Assembly: GCA_965227515.1 (NCBI GenBank)
Contig: CBDDFZ010000001.1
Location: 2,240,001 to 2,304,000 of the forward strand
Direction: 5' to 3'
Length of the DNA: 64,000 nt
From: Alphaproteobacteria bacterium
Lineage (GTDB): Bacteria; Pseudomonadota; Alphaproteobacteria; CALKHQ01
The notes beneath the pieces are model-generated. The model had not been told where the DNA came from, made no database searches, and saw only the letters and a program-made list of their open reading frames with translations. Position 1 is the stretch's first letter. The number at the start of each line of letters is the position of its first letter. Below are positions 1-8,869 of this stretch, one piece after another. A program made the position numbers and the translations under genes.

Positions 1-105
1 GAGTCGCATTTTGCGCGCGCCGATTCGCAATTTGCATCGCAATTTGAGCGAAGTTGTCAGATTGCGTGACGTTTCGGCAGGCAAGACTTTTTCTGAATCA
101 TTTTG

Positions 106-139
106 AATCAAAGGCTTGTGCGCACGGCATGCGGTTTGC
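106..139 (+). promoter_or_regulatory. Sigma54 (-24/-12) promoter with upstream IHF-like site, Flp pilin 1
   Basis: CGGCATGCGGTTTGC at 125-139 fits YGGCAY-N5-TTGC; AATCAAAGGCTTG at 106-118 fits WATCAA-N4-TTR. Confidence 0.7.
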
Positions 140-197
140 TGTTGGGTAAACGAGAACTTGCCAGTGCGGCATGAACCAAGAATCAAGGAACGACGCG

Positions 198-401
198 ATG
201 TTCAAGCTCATCAAGCGCATGTTGCGGGAAGAGGAAGGCGTGACCGCCGTGGAATATGGCCTGATCGCCGCATTGGTGGCCGTGGCAGCCATTGGCGCCC
301 TCAGCACCATGAGCGACAGCCTCTCCGGTCTGTTCGAGGAGGTCAGCCAACAGATCGACGCCCCGGTGGAAGAGGCAAGTGGTAGCGGCACCGGCGGCTG
401 A
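198..401 (+). CDS. Flp/Fap type IVb (Tad) pilin
   Basis: MFKLIKRMLREEEG|VTAVEYGLIAALVAVAAIGAL: G cleavage site, EY motif, hydrophobic helix; AAGGA upstream. Confidence 0.93.
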   Translation: MFKLIKRMLREEEGVTAVEYGLIAALVAVAAIGALSTMSDSLSGLFEEVSQQIDAPVEEASGSGTGG

Positions 402-434
402 TCCGGCTGCCAGCGACATCGACGAAGGTCAACG

Positions 435-463
435 GGCCCGGCGGAAACGCCGGGCCTTTTTTT
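435..463 (+). terminator. Intrinsic terminator after pilin 1
   Basis: GGCCCGGCG-GAAA-CGCCGGGCC followed by T7. Confidence 0.85.
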
Positions 464-631
464 CGCCAACGCCGCAAGCAGGGTGAGGCCGGCGGCCCGG
501 GTTTGGCCAGCCGGGTTTGGCCAGGCGGGTTTCATTCCGCAAACGCGGATTCGCGAAATGCAATGCGAAACATCAAAATTCTCGATGCAAATTGCCCGCA
601 TGCGCATCAATCTTTCTTCGAAATCGTTGTT

Positions 632-665
632 TTTCAATCGGTTGGCGGATTGGCACATGGCTTGC
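632..665 (+). promoter_or_regulatory. Sigma54 promoter with IHF-like site, Flp pilin 2
   Basis: TGGCACATGGCTTGC at 651-665; TTTCAATCGGTTG at 632-644 (one mismatch to IHF consensus). Confidence 0.75.
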
Positions 666-732
666 GACCATCACGGTATCCGGCCGCCGATGCGGTCGAC
701 ATGATTGTTCCCCAACCGAAGGAATTACCTGA

Positions 733-930
733 ATGCTGAAGATCCTGAAGCGCTTTGTCCGCAACGAAGAGGGCGCCACCGCCATTGAGTATGGCCTGAT
801 CGCGGCCCTGGTGGCCGTTGCCGCCATCGGCGCGTTGGAAAGCATGGGCGGCAGCCTGAGCGGCGCGTTCACGGAAGTCGGCGATCAGCTCGATGCCGCC
901 GTCACGGAATCCGAAGACACCAAAGGCTGA
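733..930 (+). CDS. Flp/Fap type IVb pilin
   Basis: MLKILKRFVRNEEG|ATAIEYGLIAALVAVAAIGAL; AAGGA upstream. Confidence 0.95.
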   Translation: MLKILKRFVRNEEGATAIEYGLIAALVAVAAIGALESMGGSLSGAFTEVGDQLDAAVTESEDTKG

Positions 931-1003
931 TCCTGCTGACCGGTCATCGTCGCAACGCCCGGCACGGCGCGCGCCGATAGATCATAGATTCCTCCCCAAC
1001 TGT

Positions 1004-1033
1004 CGGGCCCGGCGGCAAAGCTGGGCCCGTTTT
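1004..1033 (+). terminator. Intrinsic terminator after pilin 2
   Basis: CGGGCCCGGC-GGCAAA-GCTGGGCCCG-TTTT; a related second hairpin lies at 1094-1123. Confidence 0.65.
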
Positions 1034-1288
1034 CTTGATCGCCTGGCGGACGACGGCCTACGTGGGGGTGCCGTTCGTCACGCCAAGGCGTAGGAAGGGC
1101 CCGGCCTCACGGTCGGGCCCTTCATGCTGTGTGGGGCGGTGTGGGTTGGTGCCGACTCAGCGCAAGCAACGAATGATTTGGACGTCACCCAATGGGCCCG
1201 GCCACGTTTGGCAATTTGCGAAGCGATTCGTGACCCGGTTGCGTTTTGCAGTTTTGGCGAGCGGCCCGACATTACCAAAAGTAAATCA

Positions 1289-1321
1289 ATTCAAAAGGTT
1301 AACGCACGGCATGCGGCTTGC
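1289..1321 (+). promoter_or_regulatory. Sigma54 promoter with IHF-like site, Flp pilin 3
   Basis: CGGCATGCGGCTTGC at 1307-1321; ATTCAAAAGGTTA at 1289-1301. Confidence 0.7.
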
Positions 1322-1391
1322 TCCCTACAATTGTACTTAGGGGGAGCAGCCCTGGCGGGCTGCCGTTGACGACCAGGAAGGAACGACGCCG

Positions 1392-1625
1392 ATGCGCAAA
1401 GTGATGCGCCGACTGTTCAAGGAGGAGGGCGGTATCTCCGCCATCGAGTATGGCCTGATCGCGTCGCTGATTGCGGTGGCGGCTATTGGCGCGCTCGCCA
1501 ACATGGGGGGCAGCCTCTCCGACATCTTTTCCGACGTCGACTCGGATCTTGAGGTGGAGGCGCCGGCCGATGACGGCACCAACCGGAATTCGCCCGATGA
1601 GGAATTCACGACCAACGGCGGCTGA
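1392..1625 (+). CDS. Flp/Fap type IVb pilin
   Basis: MRKVMRRLFKEEGG|ISAIEYGLIASLIAVAAIGAL. Confidence 0.92.
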   Translation: MRKVMRRLFKEEGGISAIEYGLIASLIAVAAIGALANMGGSLSDIFSDVDSDLEVEAPADDGTNRNSPDEEFTTNGG

Positions 1626-1665
1626 TTCCAGCGGCTGCTGATCGGCTGGCCTGGACGGCACCCCG

Positions 1666-2610
1666 TCAGGCCAGGCCCAGATCCGGCATTTCGGCGGTTG
1701 GTATGATCGCGCCTGGGTGCTGGATCACCGTGCCGGCCAGGGTGTGGCCAGCACGGGCCGCCACTTCGGCCGATGCACCCAGCAGCCGCGCGGCCAGATA
1801 GCCGGCATTGAAGCTGTCGCCGGCCGCGGTGGTGTCGACCGGCCGCGCGACGGGCTCTGTCGGCACCTCGCTGCGACCCTCGTCGCTCACCAGCAGGCAA
1901 CTCGCGCGGTCGCGTTTCACCACGATCTCGCGCACGCCATGGCCGTGCAGTCGCGCGATGGTCGCCTCGGGGTCGGCGTCGCCATAGAGCGCATGCTCGT
2001 CGTCGAAGGTGGGTAGCGCGATGTCGGTGCGCGTCAGCACCGCCGCGGCCGCCTGCTGCGCCGCTTCGATATCCGGCCAGCCCCGTGGGCGATAGTTGCC
2101 GTCGAACGCCACCTTGCCGCCGCGCGTGCGCACCCTATCCAGCAGGTCGTGCAACCGGTCCCGGCTTTCCTGGTCGTAGATCGAGAGCGTGATGCCGGAG
2201 ACATAGACCAGGTCGCATGCCTCCACCGCCTCCGAGATCCGGTCGATATCGGGTGCGCGCATCAGGTCGCGCGCGGCGGCGGCGTTGCGCCAATAGTGGA
2301 AGCTGCGTTCCCCCGCGTCGTCGGTCCTGATGGTGTAGAGCCCCGGCAGCCGGCCCGGCAGCCGCGCGATCAACGATGTGTCCAGCCCCTCGGCCCGCCA
2401 GCGGGCCAGCATTTCCTCCGAGTACGGATCGTCGCCTAGTGCCGTCACGTAGCTGACGTGGGCGCGCGCGGCCGGCAGGATCCGGCGCAGATAGGTCGCC
2501 GTGTTGAGCGTATCGCCGCCGTAGCCGAGGGCGCAGGTGCCGCCGTCGCGCACGAAGATTTCGACCATGCACTCGCCGATCGAGGCGATGGAGTGGGGCG
2601 TTTCGGGCAA
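1666..2610 (-). CDS. kdgK: PfkB-family sugar kinase, 2-dehydro-3-deoxygluconokinase-like
   Basis: IGECMVE, GGDTLNTA, GERSFHYWR, DGNYRP and DTTAAGDSFNAG motifs. Confidence 0.8.
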   Translation of the reverse strand: MPETPHSIASIGECMVEIFVRDGGTCALGYGGDTLNTATYLRRILPAARAHVSYVTALGDDPYSEEMLARWRAEGLDTSLIARLPGRLPGLYTIRTDDAGERSFHYWRNAAAARDLMRAPDIDRISEAVEACDLVYVSGITLSIYDQESRDRLHDLLDRVRTRGGKVAFDGNYRPRGWPDIEAAQQAAAAVLTRTDIALPTFDDEHALYGDADPEATIARLHGHGVREIVVKRDRASCLLVSDEGRSEVPTEPVARPVDTTAAGDSFNAGYLAARLLGASAEVAARAGHTLAGTVIQHPGAIIPTAEMPDLGLA

Positions 2611-2640
2611 GGCTCGGTCCCTGATGGTGTCGCAGTGATG

Positions 2641-2804
2641 CTAGCGCATGTTTATTTCAGGCGGCACCGGCCCTCTCCCAAATCAATGCGGTCACGCATC
2701 CGCGCTCCCTTTTGGCACCCGGCACCCAGACAGGATACTACCGTTGGGCGGCCGGGTGGGGGAGAGGGCTGGCGCAGATTCAGCGTAAGCTGATTCTGAT
2801 CTAG
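2641..2804. repeat. Palindromic repeat family A (CCCTCTCCC...GGGAGAGGG), CTAG-bounded, left arm interrupted
   Basis: Shares the GCACCGGCCCTCTCCC and GGCCGGGTGGGGGAGAGGG arms and a CAGCGYAAGCTGAT..TCTAG tail with the copy at 54197-54310. Confidence 0.75.
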
Positions 2805-2943
2805 CCTGTCCATGGCGCCGGGGCCATTGCGGCGATGAGCCGCTTGCCGCAATCGCCCGCCATCGTTATCACTCAGCCGCCGCTCAGGCGCGCGCGCGAC
2901 GGCATTGGGGGTCGCCGCGCCAACCAGCAAGGAGAGATGCGAC

Positions 2944-3498
2944 GTGTCGGTGATGCCCGACCACTGGATCCGGCAGATGGCCACCGAGGAGGGCATGATC
3001 GACCCGTTCGTCGACGGCCTGCGTCGCGAGGGCACGATCTCCTATGGCCTGTCGTCGTTCGGATACGACGCGCGGGTGGCCCGCGAATTCAAGATCTTCA
3101 CCAATGTGGACAGCGCCGTCGTCGACCCGAAGGACTTCCGCAACGAGGGCTTTGTGGAGCGCGAGACCGACGTTTGCGTTGTGCCGCCGAATAGCTTCGT
3201 GCTGGCGCGCACGGTGGAGTATTTCCGGGTGCCGCGCGACGTCATCGTCATCTGCCTCGGCAAGTCGACCTATGCGCGTTGCGGCATCATCGTGAACGTC
3301 ACGCCGCTGGAGCCGGAGTGGGAAGGCCACGTGACGCTGGAGTTTTCCAACACCACGCCCCTGCCGGCGAAGATCTACGCCAACGAGGGCGGGGCGCAGT
3401 TCCTGTTCCTGAAGGGCGACAGCCCTTGCGAGGTGTCCTACAAGGAGCGCGGCGGCAAGTACCAGGGACAAACGGGGGTAACGCTGCCGCGCCTGTAA
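2944..3498 (+). CDS. dcd: dCTP deaminase
   Basis: [29 protein letters not shown] and [11 protein letters not shown] motifs; GTG start after GGAG. Confidence 0.95.
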   Translation: MSVMPDHWIRQMATEEGMIDPFVDGLRREGTISYGLSSFGYDARVAREFKIFTNVDSAVVDPKDFRNEGFVERETDVCVVPPNSFVLARTVEYFRVPRDVIVICLGKSTYARCGIIVNVTPLEPEWEGHVTLEFSNTTPLPAKIYANEGGAQFLFLKGDSPCEVSYKERGGKYQGQTGVTLPRL

Positions 3499-3528
3499 GG
3501 GGCTGCGGCTGGCGGGAACTGACACTTC

Positions 3529-4815
3529 ATGGACAAGATTTGCATCGAGGGCGGGCGGCCGCTGAAGGGCCGCATCGAGGTCAGTGGCGCGAAGAACGCG
3601 GCGCTGCCGCTGCTGACGGCAGCACTGCTGAGCGACCAGACGCTGACGCTGAAGAACCTGCCCCACCTGGCCGACATCACCACCCTGGTCGACCTGCTGA
3701 CCCAGCTCGGCGTCTCGTTCGCCATGGACGGCGACCCCGGCAATGGCGGGCATACCGGCCGGGTGATGACGGTGCACGCCAAGGAGATTCGCTCGACCAT
3801 CGCGCCCTATGACCTGGTGCGCAAGATGCGCGCGTCGGTGCTGGTGCTGGGGCCGCTGCTGGCGCGCTGCGGCACGGCGCGGGTCTCGCTGCCCGGCGGC
3901 TGCGCCATCGGCGCGCGCCCGGTCGACCTGCATCTGCAGGCGCTCGAAGCCCTGGGCGCGGAGATCGACCTGCGCGAAGGCTATGTCGAGGCGACGGCGC
4001 CGAAGGGGCTGGTCGGCGCGCCGATCACCTTCCCGCAAGTGTCGGTCGGCGCCACCGAGAACCTGCTGATGGCCGCGACCCTGGCGAAGGGGCAGACCGA
4101 GCTGATGAACGCGGCGCGCGAGCCGGAGGTTGCCGACCTGGCGCGCTGCTTACAGGCCATGGGCGCGAAGATCGAGGGCATCGGCACTGATCACCTGAAG
4201 ATCGAGGGCGTGACCTCGATGCAGCCGGCGGAGCACGCGGTCATCGTCGACCGCATCGAGCTCGGCACCTACATGATGGCCGCGGCGATCACCCGCGGCG
4301 ACGTGGAGCTGGTCGGCGGCCGGCTGGACCTGGTCGACGCTGCCGCAGATGCCCTGATGCGCGGCGGGGTCGGCATCGCGGAGACCGAGGCGGGCTTGCG
4401 CGTCTCGCTGCCCAACGGCACCCTGAACGGGGTCGATGTCATGACCGAGCCGTTTCCCGGCTTCCCCACCGACCTGCAGGCCCAGTTCATGGCGCTGATG
4501 TCCACCGCCTCGGGGGCCGCGATGATCACCGAGACGATTTTCGAGAACCGGTTCATGCACGTGCCCGAACTGACCCGCATGGGTGCCAACATCAACCTGC
4601 ATGGCTCGTCGGCCATGGTGCGCGGGGTCGACCGGCTCAATGCGGCACCGGTGATGGCGACCGATTTGCGCGCGTCGGTATCGCTCGTATTGGCCGGTCT
4701 TGCCGCAAAGGGTGAGACGACGGTCAATCGCGTCTATCATCTGGATCGCGGCTACGAGCACCTGGAACAGAAGCTGGCCGCGTGCGGTGCGCAGATCGCG
4801 CGCGTGCGCGACTGA
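3529..4815 (+). CDS. murA: UDP-N-acetylglucosamine 1-carboxyvinyltransferase
   Basis: [48 protein letters not shown]. Confidence 0.98.
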   Translation: MDKICIEGGRPLKGRIEVSGAKNAALPLLTAALLSDQTLTLKNLPHLADITTLVDLLTQLGVSFAMDGDPGNGGHTGRVMTVHAKEIRSTIAPYDLVRKMRASVLVLGPLLARCGTARVSLPGGCAIGARPVDLHLQALEALGAEIDLREGYVEATAPKGLVGAPITFPQVSVGATENLLMAATLAKGQTELMNAAREPEVADLARCLQAMGAKIEGIGTDHLKIEGVTSMQPAEHAVIVDRIELGTYMMAAAITRGDVELVGGRLDLVDAAADALMRGGVGIAETEAGLRVSLPNGTLNGVDVMTEPFPGFPTDLQAQFMALMSTASGAAMITETIFENRFMHVPELTRMGANINLHGSSAMVRGVDRLNAAPVMATDLRASVSLVLAGLAAKGETTVNRVYHLDRGYEHLEQKLAACGAQIARVRD

Positions 4816-4850
4816 GCCTGCCAACCGGACAAGACGGACCAAAGGCCCAT

Positions 4851-5339
4851 ATGACATCGCCCCTGAAGATGATGGCCAAGGATGCCGAGGACCTGGAAGT
4901 GGTCTCGTCGGTGCTGCAGGACGCCCTGGTGCGGGTGGCCGATATGTCGTGGCGCGCCGACGAGCACCAGTTCATCCTGGTCGCCAACCGTTTCCGCTGG
5001 GAAGCGACCGGCGAGCGCGACGCCAAGGGCCCGATCCACGAGCGCGTGACATGCGGCGTGTGCGTCGGCCAGGTGCAGTCGGTCCAGCGGATGGGCATCG
5101 ACCCGCGCAACACGGGCGTGCTGTTGAACCTGCTGGCGGTCGAATACGAGCCGGCCAACGACGATGCCGCCCACGGCCACGTCACCTTCACCTTTGCCGG
5201 CGGCATGGCGGTGCGCCTGAACGTTTCCGAGATTGCCTGCCAGCTCGACGATTTCGGCCTGCCGTGGCCGACCCGCGCGCGGCCGGAGCACCCGCTGGAG
5301 AGCACGCCCGAGGCAGCACAGGGCGCGGGGGAAGACTGA
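4851..5339 (+). CDS. DUF2948-family protein
   Basis: DAEDLEVVSSVLQDA and NRFRWE motifs; usual position after murA. Confidence 0.8.
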   Translation: MTSPLKMMAKDAEDLEVVSSVLQDALVRVADMSWRADEHQFILVANRFRWEATGERDAKGPIHERVTCGVCVGQVQSVQRMGIDPRNTGVLLNLLAVEYEPANDDAAHGHVTFTFAGGMAVRLNVSEIACQLDDFGLPWPTRARPEHPLESTPEAAQGAGED

Positions 5340-6034
5340 TGGCGATCTCGCGCACGCGCGACGGCATCGTCTTTGCCGTCCCGAAAGGCCGTATCCTGAA
5401 GCAGCTTCGCCCGCTGATGAACCATGCCGGGCTGGTGCCCGAGCCGGCGTTCGACGACCCCGACGAGCGCGCGTTGCAGTTCGCGACCCGCGATGCCGGC
5501 GTCTCGGTGGTGCGGGTGCGCAGCTTCGATGTCGCGACCTTCGTCGCCTTCGGCGCGGCCGATATCGGCGTGGTCGGCAACGACGTGCTGCTGGAGTTCG
5601 CCTACCGCGAGATCTATGCGCCGCTCGACCTCGGCATCGGGCGCTGCCGGCTGGCGGTGGCCTGCCCGCCGGCGGTGCTGGCGCAGGAGAAGCCGGAGGA
5701 GTGGAGCCACGTGCGCGTGGCCACCAAGTACCCGAACGCGACCCGCCGCCACTTTGCCGCCCGTGGTGTGCAGGCGGAATGCATCCATCTGAACGGCGCC
5801 ATGGAGCTGGCCCCGGGGCTCGGCATGTGCCGCCGGATCGTTGACCTGGTCGAGAGCGGGTCGACCCTGCGCGCCAACGGGCTGGTCGAGGTGGAGACGG
5901 TGGCGCAGGTGTCGTCGCGCCTGGTGGTCAACCGCGCGGCGCTGAAGACCCGTCCGGAGGCGATCGGCGGGTGGATCGACCGGTTTCGTGCCGCGGTCGA
6001 CGCCGCCCGGGCGCAGGCTCCGGCGAACGCCTGA
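5339..6034 (+). CDS. hisG: ATP phosphoribosyltransferase, short form
   Basis: AVPKGRIL, RSFDVATFV, VATKYPN, GAMELAP, IVDLVESGSTLRANGL; no C-terminal regulatory domain. Confidence 0.95.
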   Translation: MAISRTRDGIVFAVPKGRILKQLRPLMNHAGLVPEPAFDDPDERALQFATRDAGVSVVRVRSFDVATFVAFGAADIGVVGNDVLLEFAYREIYAPLDLGIGRCRLAVACPPAVLAQEKPEEWSHVRVATKYPNATRRHFAARGVQAECIHLNGAMELAPGLGMCRRIVDLVESGSTLRANGLVEVETVAQVSSRLVVNRAALKTRPEAIGGWIDRFRAAVDAARAQAPANA

Positions 6035-6037
6035 CAC

Positions 6038-6529
6038 ATGGCCGAGGCCGGCGCCGAGGAGAGCACCAGCCGCGTCACCGCCGTGGATGTGGCGGAGGAA
6101 CTGGCGCATGCGCGCGACCCCGATGCCGCCCACGCCATCAAGGTGGCGGCGTTCGACCTGGCCTATGAGAACAGCTTCCAGCCCGCCGATGGTCCGGCCG
6201 GGCCGTATCGGCTGGCGGTCGGCATTACCGACACCCGGCTGCGGCTCGACCTGACGACGGAGGACGGCGCGGCGGCCGGCAATGTCGGGCTGGCGATCGC
6301 GCCGCTCAGGCGGACCATCCGCGACTACGGCATCGTTTGCGACGCCTATGTCGATGCCATCCGCACCAAGACGCCGCAGCAGATCGAGGCCATCGACATG
6401 GGGCGGCGCGCGCTGCACGACGAGGCCGGCGAGATGCTGGTCGACCAGCTCGCACCGGGCGTGGAGATCGACGGCGCCACCGGGCGGCGCCTGTTCACCC
6501 TGGTCTACGCCCTGTTGCGGCGGCGATAG
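6038..6529 (+). CDS. UPF0262-family protein
   Basis: IEAIDMGRRALHDEA and TGRRLFTL motifs. Confidence 0.85.
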   Translation: MAEAGAEESTSRVTAVDVAEELAHARDPDAAHAIKVAAFDLAYENSFQPADGPAGPYRLAVGITDTRLRLDLTTEDGAAAGNVGLAIAPLRRTIRDYGIVCDAYVDAIRTKTPQQIEAIDMGRRALHDEAGEMLVDQLAPGVEIDGATGRRLFTLVYALLRRR

Positions 6530-6533
6530 GGAT

Positions 6534-6965
6534 ATGCCGGCAGTTTCGGTGCTGTTTGCCTGCACGCGCAACACCTTGCGCTCGCCGATGGCGGCCGGCC
6601 TGCTGCGCGCCATGCACCGCGATCTTCATGTCGACAGCGTCGGCGTGGCGGTCGACCCCGACGAGCCCACCGATCCGTTCGTCATTGCCGTGATGGCGGA
6701 ACTGGGCATCGATCTCGCCCGTCACCACGCCAAGACCTTCGATGATATGGTCGACGGGTATTGCGACGTGATCGTGACCTTGTCGCCCGAAGCCCACGAA
6801 CGCGCATTGGAGGTGACCCGCACCGTGGACTGCGCGGTCGAATACTGGGAGACGCCGGACCCGTCCCAGGCGGGCGGCAACCGCGCGCAGCGGCTGGATG
6901 CCTATCGCACCGTGCGCGATGGGCTGGCCGCGCGCATTCGTGCGCGATTTCCTACAGATGGTTGA
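6534..6965 (+). CDS. Low-molecular-weight phosphatase / ArsC-like protein
   Basis: [15 protein letters not shown] (CX5R) and W..PDP motif. Confidence 0.85.
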   Translation: MPAVSVLFACTRNTLRSPMAAGLLRAMHRDLHVDSVGVAVDPDEPTDPFVIAVMAELGIDLARHHAKTFDDMVDGYCDVIVTLSPEAHERALEVTRTVDCAVEYWETPDPSQAGGNRAQRLDAYRTVRDGLAARIRARFPTDG

Positions 6966-7539
6966 GACGCCGCAGCGCCTGGTGCTGGCCTCGGCCTCGC
7001 CGCGCCGGCTCGACCTGTTGGCGCAGCTTGCCATCGTGCCCGACGCAGTGGTGCCGGCCAATGTCGATGAGACGGTGCTGGCGGGCGAACTGCCACGCCA
7101 GCTCGCTGTGCGTCTCGCCGCCGACAAGGCACAGGCGGTCGCCGAAGCCGGGGCTTTCGTCCTCGGCGCGGACACCGTGGTGGCGTGCGGCCGGCGCATC
7201 CTGCCGAAAGCCGAGGATGAGCACACGGCGGCGGACTGCCTGCGCCTGCTGTCGGGCCGGGCGCACCGGGTCTATGGCGGCGTCTGCCTGGTTTGCCCGG
7301 ACGGCAAGGTGCTGACCCGGCTGGTGGAAACCCGCGTCAGCTTCAAGCGATTATCGGAGACGGAGGCGGCGGACTACATCGCCGCCGGCGAATGGCGCGG
7401 CAAGGCCGGCGGCTACGCGATCCAGGGCCGCGCCGCCGGGTTCGTGCGCCAGCTTGCCGGCTCCTACTCCAACGTCGTCGGCCTGCCGCTCTACGAAACC
7501 CGCGCGCTGCTCATAGGCGCCGGCTACCGCGCCGCCTGA
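6958..7539 (+). CDS. maf: Maf-family nucleoside triphosphate pyrophosphatase
   Basis: [33 protein letters not shown]. Confidence 0.93.
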   Translation: MVETPQRLVLASASPRRLDLLAQLAIVPDAVVPANVDETVLAGELPRQLAVRLAADKAQAVAEAGAFVLGADTVVACGRRILPKAEDEHTAADCLRLLSGRAHRVYGGVCLVCPDGKVLTRLVETRVSFKRLSETEAADYIAAGEWRGKAGGYAIQGRAAGFVRQLAGSYSNVVGLPLYETRALLIGAGYRAA

Positions 7540-7541
7540 CG

Positions 7542-8468
7542 ATGGCGCGTGCCATCGGCCCCGTCGACGTGCTGGTGGTTCGCGCGGACGCATCAGGCGT
7601 GTGGGCCGGCGCGGTGCGCGGCGGGCGGCTGGATGATCTCTCGATTGTCTATGCCGATGACCGGACGCGGGTCGGCGCGCGTTTCCTGGGCCGCGTGGTC
7701 AAGGTCGACAAGGCCCTGAACGCGGCCTTCGTCGACATCGGCGAGGCGCGCTGGGCGTTCCTGAAAGCCCATGCCGCCGACCCCACCGGCACATTGCCGC
7801 CGAAGATCGACCGGCGGGTGCACGAAGGCCAGTTGCTGGCGGTGCGGGTCGAGCGGCCGCCGTTCGACGACAAGGGCGCGCAAGTCTCGGTGGTGGAGGG
7901 CGCGCCTGCCGAGGGCGATATCGGGGGCCTGGATGCCGGGCCCGATCCCTTGGCTGCTGCAATCGCGCCGTTCCGGGAGGCCGGTATCGGCCGCGCGGTG
8001 GCCGGCGATGCCGCCACCAAGGTGCGGTTGCGCGGCCTGCTCAGTGAGAATGCCGAGGTGGAGGCAGCACCACCCGGCGGCGATCCGTTCGAATTGGCCG
8101 GTGTCGCCGACGATCTGGCTGCGGCCCAAGAGCCAACCATCGAGCTGCCCGGCGGCGGGCGGCTGACCATCGAGCAGACCCGCGCGTTGGTCGCGGTCGA
8201 TGTCGACAGTGGCGATGCAAATGAGCCTGCGCTGTCGGTCAATTGTGCCGCGGTGGAGAAGGTGGCGCGCCAGCTCCGTGTCCGCAATCTCGGCGGCACC
8301 ATCGTGGTCGATGCCATCAGCCTGCGCCGCCGGGGCGACCGCGACGCGGTCATCGACGCGTTCCGCCGCGCCCTCGCCAACGACCGACTGGCGGTCAAGG
8401 TGCTGGGCTGGACCCGGCTCGGCCTGATCGAGGTGCAGCGGGAGCGCACAGGGCAGGGTCTTATTTGA
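7542..8468 (+). CDS. Short ribonuclease E/G-family protein
   Basis: S1-like AAFVDIG; C-terminal LVAVDVDSG, RQLRVRNLGGTIVVD, TRLGLIE. Confidence 0.8.
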   Translation: MARAIGPVDVLVVRADASGVWAGAVRGGRLDDLSIVYADDRTRVGARFLGRVVKVDKALNAAFVDIGEARWAFLKAHAADPTGTLPPKIDRRVHEGQLLAVRVERPPFDDKGAQVSVVEGAPAEGDIGGLDAGPDPLAAAIAPFREAGIGRAVAGDAATKVRLRGLLSENAEVEAAPPGGDPFELAGVADDLAAAQEPTIELPGGGRLTIEQTRALVAVDVDSGDANEPALSVNCAAVEKVARQLRVRNLGGTIVVDAISLRRRGDRDAVIDAFRRALANDRLAVKVLGWTRLGLIEVQRERTGQGLI

Positions 8469-8470
8469 GG

Positions 8471-8558
8471 AAGTCGGCACCGGCCCGCACCCCCACCCAG
8501 CCGCCCCAAGCATACTGTCGTTGGGTGGCTGGGTAGGGGCGCGGGCTGGCCCGGAATT
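8471..8558. repeat. Palindromic repeat family A, diverged copy
   Basis: CATACTGTCGTTGGGTGGCTGGGT is the reverse complement of the core of the 54197 and 26310 copies; long inverted arms. Confidence 0.7.
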
Positions 8559-8580
8559 CGGCGCAAATCACCCGGAAATC

Positions 8581-8609
8581 TTGACACCGCAGGGCGGCAT
8601 CCGTATCTC
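8581..8609 (+). promoter_or_regulatory. Sigma70-type promoter for the tRNA
   Basis: TTGACA-N17-TATCTC about 50 bp upstream of the tRNA. Confidence 0.55.
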
Positions 8610-8660
8610 AGCACATCGAACGCACGGCGGCCCGTTCCGGGGACCGCCCTCGGCGCTCGT

Positions 8661-8736
8661 GGCGGATTAGCTCAGTGGTTAGAGCAGTGGAATCATAATC
8701 CATGTGTCCGGGGTTCAAATCCCTGATCCGCCACCA
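8661..8736 (+). tRNA. tRNA with CAT anticodon, probably elongator tRNA-Met
   Basis: GGCGGAT/ATCCGCC acceptor stem, TAGCTCAGTGGTTAGAGC D arm, GTGGA-ATCATAA-TCCAT anticodon arm, GTTCAAAT T loop, encoded CCA. Confidence 0.95.
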
Positions 8737-8869
8737 TTTTTTGCCCAGGTTCCGCTTTCACACACCAACATCCGCATCCCGCTGCCGCTTGGCGAGCCAT
8801 CGCCAATAGGTCATGGTCGCCTGAAATCGTGCGCCCGAACGCGACACGAAAGAAGGGGGAGGGCCGACC

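Noticed and set aside
8661-8736. Initiator tRNA-fMet
   Set aside because: G1-C72 is paired and the anticodon stem lacks three consecutive G-C pairs; Ile2 is not fully excluded.
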